Below are positions 49,955-59,404 of a DNA stretch of 64,000 nucleotides, piece by piece. The stretch's first letter is position 1. Every line of letters starts with the position of its first letter. This DNA is from Acidobacteriota bacterium (lineage in GTDB: Bacteria; Acidobacteriota; UBA6911; JACQSX01): contig DASXQR010000097.1 in the NCBI GenBank assembly GCA_036507075.1, positions 29,391-93,390 on the forward strand, given 5' to 3'. The notes under the pieces are model-generated. The model was not told the origin of the DNA. It did not search any database and saw only the letters and a list, made by a program, of their open reading frames with translations. Position numbers and translations under genes: made by a program.

Positions 49955-50896
49955 ATGAAACGAAAAATTGGTTTGATTGTCGGCCGCGAGGGAACTTTCC
50001 CGCAGGCCTTTATCGACCGGATCAACGAACTGAACGTGGAAGGGATCTCAGCGGAATTTGTCAAGCTGGGCGGGACGCAAATGGCGGAAGATTGTCCCTA
50101 CGGGTGTATCGTCGATCGAATTTCCCACGAAGTGAAGTACTACCGGGGATTCTTAAAAACGGCCGCGCTTTCCGGCACCTACATTATTAACAATCCATTC
50201 TGGTGGTCTGCCGACGATAAGTTCTTCAATTATTCGGTTGCGTCACGTCTGGGAGTCGCCGTGCCGCGGACGGTTCTCCTGCCAAGCAAGTCTTATCCGC
50301 CCGATATCTGGCCCGAATCGCTGCGCAACCTGGTCTACCCGTTAAACTGGGATTCCATCATTGAACATATCGGTCTGCCGGCGATTCTCAAACCGTTTGA
50401 AGGAGGCGGTTGGAAGAACGTATACAAGATCAATTCAAAACAGGAGCTGCTCAGGGCGTTTGACGAAACCGGAGAGCTTTGCATGACTCTGCAGCACTTC
50501 GTTCGCTTCGAACACTACGTGAGATGCTTTTGTTTCGGCAAAGAAAACATTATCCCGGTCAAATACGACCCCCATAACCGGCGTTATCTGGTCGAACACT
50601 CGCATCTTTCTTCGGAGCTGGGGGAGCGCGTGATGCGTGACGCGCGCACTCTTAACCAGGCGCTTGGATATGACATGAACACCGTCGAATTCGCCATCGA
50701 AGACGACATCCCCTACGCCATCGATTTTCTCAATCCCGCGCCGGATATGGATCGGCATTCAATCACCGAATTCTACTTCCGCGAGGTGGTTGAGCAGATG
50801 GCGCGGCTTGCCATCGACCGCACTCTTAACGGAGCCTTTGAGGATATGCTGCCGCGCTGGCCGCAGATGACAGGACTATTGCGCAAGGAACGGTGA
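49955..50896 (+). CDS. RimK-like ATP-grasp ligase
   Basis: INNPF..ADDKF, VPRT, LKP..GGGW, VEF..., DF.NPAPD. Confidence 0.85.
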   Translation: MKRKIGLIVGREGTFPQAFIDRINELNVEGISAEFVKLGGTQMAEDCPYGCIVDRISHEVKYYRGFLKTAALSGTYIINNPFWWSADDKFFNYSVASRLGVAVPRTVLLPSKSYPPDIWPESLRNLVYPLNWDSIIEHIGLPAILKPFEGGGWKNVYKINSKQELLRAFDETGELCMTLQHFVRFEHYVRCFCFGKENIIPVKYDPHNRRYLVEHSHLSSELGERVMRDARTLNQALGYDMNTVEFAIEDDIPYAIDFLNPAPDMDRHSITEFYFREVVEQMARLAIDRTLNGAFEDMLPRWPQMTGLLRKER

Positions 50897-50902
50897 CAAT
50901 CT

Positions 50903-51063
50903 TCACCACAAAGACACTAACGCCAAATGCGGATTTCGGAATGCGGAATGCGGAATACGACAATGATCGGTTAGTCTAGCTTCGAGGTAACTTGGATATA
51001 TTCCGCATTCCGCATTCCGCATTCCCCATTCCGCATTTGAAAACCGCCGTGCCTTTGTGGTGA
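50903..51063. repeat. Nested element: GCGGAAT heptamer element inside CACCACAAAG arms
   Basis: tcaccacaaag / ctttgtggtga enclosing aatgcggaat... / ...attccgcatt. Confidence 0.8.
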
Positions 51064-51069
51064 AGGTTG

Positions 51070-51900
51070 TCACGGGAGGGAGGAACGGCGTGTTTCGAGT
51101 TCGGGAGTCACTTCCAGCAGGCTTTGAGGTGGAACTTCGTTCCAGCAGAGATCGTCGGTGAGGGGCTCTGAAGCGACCACTACACAAGGGTTGTTTCCCT
51201 TTCTTGGCGTCAGATGGATCCCGTCCTGGTTGTCGTTGTAGTCCACGTTCTCGGCCAGAAACAGGGAGACCGCTGTTTTTGAAGGATCGGTAATGTAGCG
51301 CGCAGCAAACATCCATCTTCCGTTAGTTACCGCAATATTCAGGTATGACGGCTTTTCGAGCCCGAGGTGTGCATGCCATTGGCGCACACAGGACACCAAA
51401 TCTCGAAGGGCGGCTTCTGGACCTGCGCGTTCCAACAGCGCCAGAAACAAACCAAAGCAGGTTTCCGAATCGGTTGTTCCCTGAATCCCGCGTCGCTGCT
51501 GCGCTCCCATTTCACGCAGCATCAGCGGCTGCATCCGCGCAAATTCCGCAATCAAGCCGTTGTGCATCCACAGAATGCCCTGACGCGAAAACGGATGCGA
51601 GTTTGCGGGCGCGACTGCCATGCCCGGTGAAGCGGCGCGTATATGACCAAACCAGCAGCCGGATCGGACCCGTCCCGCCATCAGCGGCAACTCATGACTT
51701 AGCCATGCAGCATCAGATCCCACAAATCTTTCCGGAGCGGCGTGACCGTTGAACCAGCCCAGACCGAAGCCATCTTCATTCAGCGGGCCGGTGATTTTGT
51801 AACGGGAAGCGCGGCTCTGCACCCCCAGCGAATACCTGGATCGCAGAAAAAATCCGTCCGCGCTGACGGGAGCGCCTCGATATGCCAGAAAACGACACAT
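51070..51900 (-). CDS. Class II glutamine amidotransferase (EgtC-like)
   Basis: N-terminal MCR, DGFGLGW, HIRAAS, NSHPF, HNG, GTTDSE, ASEPL. Confidence 0.9.
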   Translation of the reverse strand: MCRFLAYRGAPVSADGFFLRSRYSLGVQSRASRYKITGPLNEDGFGLGWFNGHAAPERFVGSDAAWLSHELPLMAGRVRSGCWFGHIRAASPGMAVAPANSHPFSRQGILWMHNGLIAEFARMQPLMLREMGAQQRRGIQGTTDSETCFGLFLALLERAGPEAALRDLVSCVRQWHAHLGLEKPSYLNIAVTNGRWMFAARYITDPSKTAVSLFLAENVDYNDNQDGIHLTPRKGNNPCVVVASEPLTDDLCWNEVPPQSLLEVTPELETRRSSLP

Positions 51901-52046
51901 GCTAGAAAGTGGCCAATTTCAAGATTGAAAATTCAAAATTCCAACACAACCAAAATAGCATAACTGGCAGTCGAGTGGCGATTGCTGGCTCAATCGCTGT
52001 GACCCGGCTTGCCTCGGTCGAGGGTTGCTGCCAGAATAAATGTCCC

Positions 52047-53402
52047 TTGAACGATCCGGTCGCCTATTATCATTCGCTGTTGCAGGATCCGAATCTCACC
52101 TCGCCAGCGGTTTGCCGACAACTGGCCGACGAAATGCGCAGCAAGAAGCTCTGCTTCGGCGACCGGCTGCTTTGCCCCTATTTCCGCCCGCACCTGGTTT
52201 CGCGTTCTTTGTATCAGAGCCTCAAACAGGCGGTACACTCTCTGTGCAGCGCCATCGATCAGGTGAGCCTTTCTGCTCTGCAGGATGAATCCCAATTGCG
52301 GCGCCTCGGCCTGACCGAACTGGAACGCGAGCTGGTCCGTGTTGACCCGGGGTATCGGCAAATCCACATCAGCACCCGCTTTGATTCTTTTTGCTCGGAT
52401 CAATCGATCCAGTTCGTGGAATACAACGCGGAAAGCCCCGCCGGGATTGCTTATGCCGACGGGTTGGCGGATCTGTTCTCCGAACTGGAAATCAGCAAGC
52501 GCTTTGCCGCGCGCTTTCCCTATTCCATTCCCAGACCACGCGCGAAGGTTCTGCAGGTCCTGCTGGAAACGTATCGCCAGTGGGGAGGAACAACCCGCCC
52601 CGCCGTCGCCATCGTGGATTGGAAGGATGTGCCGACGCGCGCCGAGCAGGAATTATTCATGCGGGATTTTCAAGACCAGGGCTACCAGTGCGTTCTGGCA
52701 GCGCCGGATGAATTGGAATATCGACAGGGGACGCTGTATGCCTGCGGCCTGCCGGTAGATCTCGTTTACAGGAGGCTGCTGGTACACGAGTTTGCCATCC
52801 GTTATGACAGCACGCACCCGCTTGTGCGCGCTTACGCGGGCCGTTCCGTGTGCGTTGTGAATTCATTTCGCAGCAAACTGGCGCACAAGAAAATGCTCTT
52901 TGCTCTGCTCACTGATCCTGAAATACAAAGGAGTTTTTCCGGCGCGCAACGGGAGGCGATTGACAGGCACATCCCGTGGACTCGGAAACTTGAGGATGCC
53001 TTCACTGATTATTGCGGAAAAAAAGTCGATCTCCTGGGCTTCGTGTCCGCCGAGCGAAAAAAGATGATTTTGAAGCCAAACGACGACTATGGCGGCAAAG
53101 GAATCGTGATCGGCTGGGAGTGCAGCGAGTCGCAATGGCACAGCGCCCTGCAGACTGCGTTGACGAAGAACTCCGCCAACGGGGACAATACGTATGTTGT
53201 TCAGGAAAAGGTCCAGATCCGAAAAGAACAGTTTCCGCGCTGGGACCGGGATTTTCAGATGCAGGAAGTTCTGGTGGACATGGATCCTTTTGTTTTTGCA
53301 GGAGAGATTGAAGGGGCTTTGACCCGTCTATCGGAGACTTCTCTCTGCAACGTGACCAGCGGCGGAGGGCAAGTGCCGTTGTTCATTGTGGAGAATCTAT
53401 GA
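52047..53402 (+). CDS. Circularly permuted ATP-grasp (glutathionylspermidine synthase-like) ligase
   Basis: RFD...VEYNAESPAG, YRR, IPWT, LKP...YGGKG, VVQE, NVTSGGG; start uncertain (TTG 52047 or GTG 51909). Confidence 0.85.
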   Translation: MNDPVAYYHSLLQDPNLTSPAVCRQLADEMRSKKLCFGDRLLCPYFRPHLVSRSLYQSLKQAVHSLCSAIDQVSLSALQDESQLRRLGLTELERELVRVDPGYRQIHISTRFDSFCSDQSIQFVEYNAESPAGIAYADGLADLFSELEISKRFAARFPYSIPRPRAKVLQVLLETYRQWGGTTRPAVAIVDWKDVPTRAEQELFMRDFQDQGYQCVLAAPDELEYRQGTLYACGLPVDLVYRRLLVHEFAIRYDSTHPLVRAYAGRSVCVVNSFRSKLAHKKMLFALLTDPEIQRSFSGAQREAIDRHIPWTRKLEDAFTDYCGKKVDLLGFVSAERKKMILKPNDDYGGKGIVIGWECSESQWHSALQTALTKNSANGDNTYVVQEKVQIRKEQFPRWDRDFQMQEVLVDMDPFVFAGEIEGALTRLSETSLCNVTSGGGQVPLFIVENL

Positions 53403-53405
53403 GCC

Positions 53406-53591
53406 TTCGAATGCGGAATGCGGATTTGGGAATGCGGAATGCGGAATAACGGAATGCGGAATGGGGAATGCGGAATGCGGAATACTCTTAACCTTAATCT
53501 TCGAAGTCGAATCCAAACCACTCCTTATTCCGCATTCCGCATTCCAAATTCCGCATTCGGATTCCATTCCGCATTCCGAAATCCGCATTCG
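53406..53591. repeat. GCGGAAT/ATTCCGC heptamer element
   Basis: About 10 units per arm; core ccttaatcttcgaagtc. Confidence 0.85.
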
Positions 53592-53620
53592 GGTCTCCCG
53601 TTGGGCTCCGGTAAAAGGTC

Positions 53621-54763
53621 ATGAAAAGCTACACCCTCGGTATCGAAGAAGAATTCCAGATCGTCGATCCTGAAACCTGGGAGCTTCGCTCCCATATCCA
53701 GGAAATGCTTTCTCGCGGGCGCGAAGTCCTGGGAGACGCCATCAAGCCCGAACTGCACCAATCAACCGTCGAAGTCGGAACCAAAGTTTGCGAGAACATC
53801 GAGGAGGCACGGCGTGAAGTGTTTCGGCTGCGCACTGCCGTCTCACGGCTGGCGGTCGAAAAAGGCCTGCGCATCATGGCAGCCAGCACTCATCCGTTTT
53901 CCAACTGGCAGCAGCAGAGCATCACTGAACACGAACGCTATTTGAATCTGATCGAGGAAGTCCAGGTCCTGGCCCGCAGCCTGCTGGTTTTCGGCTTGCA
54001 CATCCATGTCGGCGTGGAAGAGCGGGAGCGGGCCATTCAAATCATGAATGCCGCGCGGTATTTTCTTCCTCACATGCTGGCGCTCTCGGTCAATTCCCCG
54101 TTCTGGTGCGGCATCAACACGGGACTGAAGAGCTACCGCAGCAAAGTGTTCGGAAAGTTTCCGCGCACCGGAATACCGGACTATTTCAATTCGTGGACTG
54201 ATTACTCCAGTTATCTCGACTTGCTGGTCAAGACTCATTGTGTGGACGACGGCAAGAAGATCTGGTGGGACCTGAGACCCCACCCGTATTTTCATACGCT
54301 GGAGTTCCGCGTCTGCGACATCCCGACCCGCCCCGAAGAAACAGTCGCCCTGGCGGCGCTGGCCCAGGCGATCGTCGCCAAACTGGATAAGCTGATCGAC
54401 TCCAATCTCGGTTTTCGACTGTACCGGGGAGCGCTGATCAGCGAGAACAAGTGGCGCGCCATCCGCTACGGGCTGGACGGAAAGCTGATCGATTTTGGAA
54501 AACAGAAAGAAGTCCCGACGCGGGACCTGATTCGTGAATTGCTCGACTTCGTGGCCGAAGAAATGGAAGAGCTCGGTTCGACGAAAGAGCGTGAAACGGT
54601 ATTTCAGATTCTCGAACGCGGCACCGGCGCTGACCGGCAACTGGCCGTCTATAAGAAAACCTCGGATTTCAAGGCGGTAACCGAATATCTCTGCAGCGAA
54701 ACCCTGGCCGACATCCCGAATCAAGCTCTGAAAGTCGAAGGTCGGAAAGTCGAAAGTCTCTAA
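53621..54763 (+). CDS. Carboxylate-amine ligase, glutamate-cysteine ligase family 2 (YbdK-like)
   Basis: TLGIEEEFQIVD, GLHIHVG, NSPFW, WWDLRP, EFRVCD, ENKWRA.RYG. Confidence 0.92.
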   Translation: MKSYTLGIEEEFQIVDPETWELRSHIQEMLSRGREVLGDAIKPELHQSTVEVGTKVCENIEEARREVFRLRTAVSRLAVEKGLRIMAASTHPFSNWQQQSITEHERYLNLIEEVQVLARSLLVFGLHIHVGVEERERAIQIMNAARYFLPHMLALSVNSPFWCGINTGLKSYRSKVFGKFPRTGIPDYFNSWTDYSSYLDLLVKTHCVDDGKKIWWDLRPHPYFHTLEFRVCDIPTRPEETVALAALAQAIVAKLDKLIDSNLGFRLYRGALISENKWRAIRYGLDGKLIDFGKQKEVPTRDLIRELLDFVAEEMEELGSTKERETVFQILERGTGADRQLAVYKKTSDFKAVTEYLCSETLADIPNQALKVEGRKVESL

Positions 54764-54875
54764 ACCTCAAAGTCGAAGACCTGAAACCGGAAAAAGCGGA
54801 CCCTAACTTGTCACAGTAGACAAAGGCTGGTTTAATGGTCTATCACATGGCTGTTGTGAACCTCAGGAGGCACAC

Positions 54876-56009
54876 GTGCGACGACGTTATCTTTGGGTAG
54901 TGACGTTTTTGCTTTTTTCATGCGGGGCTGCTTTTGGGCAATCGGATCTGGCGCTGACGCAGGCGGCCATCGGCCCGCCCTTTGAAACCGTGGTGCAGGT
55001 GATCAATGAGGTACAGACTAACATCACGGTGACTATTGAGGTGTTCCAGGGGGCCTCGACGGCCGGCGCCAACGGCACGCCCATGACGGTTCGCTTCGAC
55101 GGAGGCGCGGCCACTAACCAGGGTGCGGTTTTCAATCTGGGAGCATTCCAGGAGCTGACCACGGTTCTTACGGGTCCGGACGCTGTCCTTCGCAACGGCT
55201 GGATTCACGTCTTTTCCACGGGCTCGGGCGCCAAAATTTCGGCCAGCCTTTTCTTCCGCACCAAGACCGGCTCCACAGTCACCGATTCGGTCGGTGTTCC
55301 AAGCACCCAGAGGTTCCGCCACGCCGTGGTGCAGTTTGACAATCGGGACGCGGGAAGCAGAACGGGGATCGCTTTTTGCAATCCTGATTCCACGTCGGTG
55401 ACCGTGAACCTGGACGTTTTTCAGGCCAACAGCCAGGCGACATCGGCTGTGCCAATAGTCCTTCAGGCAAAGCAGCACTACGCAAAGTTTCTGGACGAGA
55501 TTCCCGAGTTCGGGCAGTTTTCGAACCGACAAGGGACGCTGGTGATTGAAGTATCGCCGGGACGCACCATTCCGATACTGGTGCTGCGAATCGACGGAAG
55601 TCAGTTGACCAGTCTTGCAACGCGCCCGCTGGGGTTCGTATTTCAGTATTCAGTTACCACCACCGCCGGCGCAAACGTGGAGACCGGATTCTGGGAATTC
55701 GATTTTCTTGGATTCGATCTGGTCGGCATCGGAAGGCGAGAAAGTATCGGCGGCGGCGCAGGCGATCCCCCCGGCCTTTTCTTTACCGTGAGCGGCAACT
55801 GGACCGGCACGAACTTTCAATTTAGATACCGCGCCGCTTTACCCGGCGGAGGTACCGGCATGGTCGTCTTTAACGGCACGAGCGCAGGACAGGAATCGAC
55901 TCTGAATGCCACTAATGCCAGCCAACCCATCACTGGTAAAGTGACAACCATTGATGCCAACGGGAATGCACTATCGGTCAACAACTTCACCGCGAACCAT
56001 AAATACTGA
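54876..56009 (+). CDS. Secreted beta-rich hypothetical protein
   Basis: AGGAGG RBS + GTG, signal peptide, TGIAFCNP, H.A.F..E. Confidence 0.78.
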   Translation: MRRRYLWVVTFLLFSCGAAFGQSDLALTQAAIGPPFETVVQVINEVQTNITVTIEVFQGASTAGANGTPMTVRFDGGAATNQGAVFNLGAFQELTTVLTGPDAVLRNGWIHVFSTGSGAKISASLFFRTKTGSTVTDSVGVPSTQRFRHAVVQFDNRDAGSRTGIAFCNPDSTSVTVNLDVFQANSQATSAVPIVLQAKQHYAKFLDEIPEFGQFSNRQGTLVIEVSPGRTIPILVLRIDGSQLTSLATRPLGFVFQYSVTTTAGANVETGFWEFDFLGFDLVGIGRRESIGGGAGDPPGLFFTVSGNWTGTNFQFRYRAALPGGGTGMVVFNGTSAGQESTLNATNASQPITGKVTTIDANGNALSVNNFTANHKY

Positions 56010-56039
56010 ACTTCGGCGCAGCAGTCCGGTAATCGAACT

Positions 56040-56501
56040 TTATCGAGGTATCGGCGGGCTGGCGAGGGTGGGAGCGGAACCGTCCGGGCTGTAGCGGATC
56101 ACACCGGTGGCGTCCGTGTAGAAGCCCCGGAATCCGGTTACTCCGAGAGTGATGGGAAGCGCCACAACAGTGTAGTCCCTGTCATCGTCGGCCGTGATGG
56201 TGAAGCTGTAACCATCTTTGCTCCCCGATCCCAGAACGGTATCCAGGATCATGGGGCTGAGCAGGTTCATTGTTGGGGCATATTTGCCGGCCCCAACGGT
56301 GCTTGAGTAGAGACGCTGCGCGGTGGAAATTGCGCGCACCGACTGAATGGCGCTTGCCTCATTGGCTGCCTTCTTGGCATCGAGCAGGCGCGGAACGGCG
56401 ATCGCAGCAATGATCCCGATGATTGCCACCGTTATCAGAAGTTCAATTAATGTAAAGCCGCTGCGTGAGGCAAACGGCCGGAAACTTCCACCGTTCTTCA
56501 T
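56040..56501 (-). CDS. Type IV pilin / prepilin-type protein
   Basis: SGFTLIELLITVAIIGIIAAIAVP N-methylation motif, ANEASA, G.R.F..D..GVIR. Confidence 0.92.
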   Translation of the reverse strand: MKNGGSFRPFASRSGFTLIELLITVAIIGIIAAIAVPRLLDAKKAANEASAIQSVRAISTAQRLYSSTVGAGKYAPTMNLLSPMILDTVLGSGSKDGYSFTITADDDRDYTVVALPITLGVTGFRGFYTDATGVIRYSPDGSAPTLASPPIPR

Positions 56502-56521
56502 AAGTGTTTGTCCAGCCGACT

Positions 56522-56537
56522 TGCAAATTTCGTTCCA
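56522..56537 (-). promoter_or_regulatory. sigma-54 promoter of the pilin gene
   Basis: Minus strand TGGAAC-GAAAT-TTGCA, 20 nt upstream of the ATG. Confidence 0.65.
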
Positions 56538-56683
56538 ACCTGCTGAAACGGCGGCTGATTAGCCTGTTGGCGCGCAATTATCGACGAAACTCGGGCTTGA
56601 AACAAAGTTGAGCAAGCTGACCGATGTGACGGAATACGTCATATGTGAGCCTTTTATGTCACTTTTCAGTCCTGACGAGATCG

Positions 56684-56954
56684 GAACCGCGAAGGCGCGA
56701 CCCCGCGAAAAATCCGAACCGCGCGCGTAAGCAAGCGGACCCTCCGCGGGTGGTTTGCCACGAAGACACGAAGAATCGCGATTCATTTTGAAGTGACAGT
56801 TCTCATAACTCGATTCAAGGTTGTCGCAGAAGTGGCACTTCTAACTCCATCATTTGCCCTTCGTGTCTTCGTGCCTTCGTGGCAAATCCCAGCGGAGGGT
56901 CCGCTTGCTTACGCGCGCGGTTCGGATAGCGGTGGCTTCGCGCCTTCGCAGTTC
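56684..56954. repeat. Multi-layer nested palindrome (families B and C)
   Basis: gaaccgcgaaggcgcga > atccgaaccgcgcgcgtaagcaagcggaccctccgc > tttgccacgaag > core gaagtgacagttct..agaagtggcacttc, each layer with a mirrored partner. Confidence 0.88.
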
Positions 56955-57199
56955 TAGTCGGAATACAAATCGCCCATCCGGATCAGAAAGCCCCGCCCAA
57001 AAAAAGCATGCATCAGCTCCCTTGCATGCCATTCATCGGCCTTGTGGACCATCAGACGCACGCGCGGAGCCTGATATATGGCGGCAATGAACTCGTTCTC
57101 GACGTAGGAATGCAACCCGTGGTTATCCAGCACCTGTTGCATCATTTTGATAAATGGAATCTCAAACGGGAAGCCTTGGGTAAGCTCGACGTAATTCAT
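56954..57199 (-). CDS. DUF2007-like small protein
   Basis: L...G..S.VENE...VRLMV...D...ARE pattern. Confidence 0.6.
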   Translation of the reverse strand: MNYVELTQGFPFEIPFIKMMQQVLDNHGLHSYVENEFIAAIYQAPRVRLMVHKADEWHARELMHAFFGRGFLIRMGDLYSD

Positions 57200-57225
57200 T
57201 GTTGCACTATTGTAACAGAGGCCTC

Positions 57226-57550
57226 CCCGGGTTGAGGTTTCCCGGGTTCCGAATTGACGAGTTGCGGGTTTCCGGGTTTCGGGTTTCCGGGCTTCGGGTT
57301 GTTGAGTTTCGGGTTGTCGGGTTGCGGGTTGTCGAGTTGGGGGTTGTCGGGTTGCAGGTTACGGGTTGTCGAGTTGCGGGTTACGGATTGTCGGGTTACG
57401 GGTTGCGGTTGCGAGATTCCGGCCGCCGAGTTGTTTGTAACATCACTTTTCGCTCTCAGTTCGTCGGCGATTAACTCGTAACCCGGAACTCGACAACCCG
57501 GAACTCAACAACCCGCAACCTTCGCAACTCGACAACCCGAAACTCGACAA
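57226..57550. repeat. GGGTTGTC/GGGTTTC 7-8-mer inverted arrays
   Basis: Long left array 57226-57415, inverted aactcgacaacccg arm 57473-57550. Confidence 0.85.
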
Positions 57551-57558
57551 CTGGAGAC

Positions 57559-58548
57559 TCACAGTTTCCTACAGCCCACTCCCGCTTCCTTGAGCAGGCG
57601 GAAGGCTGTTTCGTTGAGCGGGTACTCTTCGTTGTAAACAACTTCGGCAATACCGCTGTTGATGATCATCTTGGTGCACAGAAGACAGGGAGCAAAAGTG
57701 GTATAGAGCGTGGCTCCTTTAACGCTCACGCCGTGATACGCGGCCTGCGTGATCGCGTTCTCCTCGCCATGACTGCAGAGGCATTCTTCAAGCGCCGACC
57801 CGCTGGCGGCCGTACCGTTGCATCGGGGACAGCCTCCTTCATAGCAATTCTTGGTTCCGCGTGGAGTCCCATTGTAGCCGCTCGAAATCACCCGCCTGTC
57901 GCGCACGATTACCGCGGCAACCTTGCGTTTGATGCAGTTACTGCGCAGCGCCGTGACCTGGGCGATCTGCATAAAGTACTGGTCCCAGTCGGGACGCTTC
58001 TGCTCGCGAGCAATCGACTGTACCATCTGGTGCACATCCTGATGCAGCCGATCAACCGATTCGTTGTTCTCGATTGTCACATCAGCCATTCGCTGCACTT
58101 CGTGCAGTTGCTGCGCGCTTTCATCGCTGCTGGCTTCCCTTTCTTCTAGCTGCCGGAAGTGTTCCAGGGTCAGCGGATCATTTTCCCGTCCTCGTCCCTG
58201 CATGCGGCGAAAGCGGACTTCCGGATTTGCGGCCACGTGCAGCAAGACAAAACGCGGATCGCGGCGAAACACGCTGACTTCACTCGGGTTGCGAATGGAA
58301 TCAATTACGTAGTTCCTGTCTCCGTGGATCTTGCGCGCGATCTGCTCGGCCAGGTAACCGTGGCCATATTTCTGCCTCAATTCGGTTCCGGCGCGGATCA
58401 GATTTTCGCGCGTAATCTCCCGGCCGCTGCGCGCCAGTTCCTCGCGAATCACGTCTGAAAGCGAGAAATACTGAAACCCGCGGCGCTTCAGATAGTCGGC
58501 CACCTCGCCCTTTCCGGCGGCATTGCGCCCAGTCAGTCCGATGATCAT
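57559..58548 (-). CDS. P-loop nucleotide-kinase-like domain fused to a dCMP deaminase domain
   Basis: GLTGRNAAGKG, DSIRN..E; then RPDWDQYF, GYNGTPRG, HGEENAI, PCLLC. Confidence 0.92.
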   Translation of the reverse strand: MIIGLTGRNAAGKGEVADYLKRRGFQYFSLSDVIREELARSGREITRENLIRAGTELRQKYGHGYLAEQIARKIHGDRNYVIDSIRNPSEVSVFRRDPRFVLLHVAANPEVRFRRMQGRGRENDPLTLEHFRQLEEREASSDESAQQLHEVQRMADVTIENNESVDRLHQDVHQMVQSIAREQKRPDWDQYFMQIAQVTALRSNCIKRKVAAVIVRDRRVISSGYNGTPRGTKNCYEGGCPRCNGTAASGSALEECLCSHGEENAITQAAYHGVSVKGATLYTTFAPCLLCTKMIINSGIAEVVYNEEYPLNETAFRLLKEAGVGCRKL

Positions 58549-58559
58549 AAGCACCCTAT

Positions 58560-58619
58560 CTGTGTCCCCTGAGTCTCTGTGGTGAAAAAATCCTTTACCA
58601 CAGAGCCACAGAGGCACAG
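58560..58619. repeat. Short CACAGAG inverted element
   Basis: ctctgtggt / accacagag. Confidence 0.6.
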
Positions 58620-58624
58620 GTCAA

Positions 58625-59404
58625 TTACTTTACCAGTCTTCGTTTCATCCTATATATCGCGAGAGCCGACGCAAAGAAGGTCAGAACCAGCAGCCACGCG
58701 ACCGGCCCGAGCATCCACCATGCCAGCACGCCCTTGTTAAGTGCCCGCGCAATCAGCACCAGCGGAGTCATCGGGGAAAGATAGGCGACATATTGAAGCC
58801 ACACTGGAAACCTTTCAAGCGGAAAGAAGATGCCGGAAAGGTAGAAGGCGGGCGCGTAAAAGAGCGCGTAAAAGTAGTTTACATACTCATAAGTGGAAGC
58901 ATAGGAAGTGACAATCAGGCTGATGGCGGCCATCAATAACCCTTCCAGCAGGACCAGCGGAATGATCAGCACGGCAAGCGCCGAATGCAGCAGCCCGAAA
59001 CCGAGCACCACCAGCATCACAATCGCGGAAACAAGAAAACCCTTGCTCGCGCCCCATAGGATCTCACCCGCGATCACTTCTTCCAGGTTCAGCGGGGTGG
59101 TGATGATCGCCTGAAATGTTTTCTGTATCTCCATGCGCGTAAACGATCCATAGGTGCATTCCATACACACGGTCAGCATGGCGCTGCCGAACACGATCCC
59201 CGGCGCGATGAATTCGAGATAACTTTCGTTCTGCATCTGATTGAGGTAGCCGCCCAGCCCTACTCCGAAAATCAGTAAATAAAAAACCGGATCGATAAAG
59301 TAGGCAAGCACCGCCCCCGGCCAGTACTTGATGAACACGCGAAAATTGCGCTCCCAGACGCGCATCGCAAAACGCAGGGACGGAAAAACAATTCCGGCTT
59401 TCAT
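58625..59404 (-). CDS. ABC-2 type permease (NodJ-like)
   Basis: YLEFIAPG, TPL...E...GE, LSGIFFP, SPMT. Confidence 0.9.
   Translation of the reverse strand: MKAGIVFPSLRFAMRVWERNFRVFIKYWPGAVLAYFIDPVFYLLIFGVGLGGYLNQMQNESYLEFIAPGIVFGSAMLTVCMECTYGSFTRMEIQKTFQAIITTPLNLEEVIAGEILWGASKGFLVSAIVMLVVLGFGLLHSALAVLIIPLVLLEGLLMAAISLIVTSYASTYEYVNYFYALFYAPAFYLSGIFFPLERFPVWLQYVAYLSPMTPLVLIARALNKGVLAWWMLGPVAWLLVLTFFASALAIYRMKRRLVK

Noticed and set aside
51070..54763. Ergothioneine operon (egtA/egtC)
   Set aside because: No EgtB sulfoxide synthase or EgtD methyltransferase in the window; the ligase looks YbdK-like and is accompanied by ATP-grasp genes.
56670..56715. CTGACGA...GAAA as a hammerhead ribozyme core
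   Set aside because: No stem II pairing between the motifs; the downstream part belongs to the nested palindrome.
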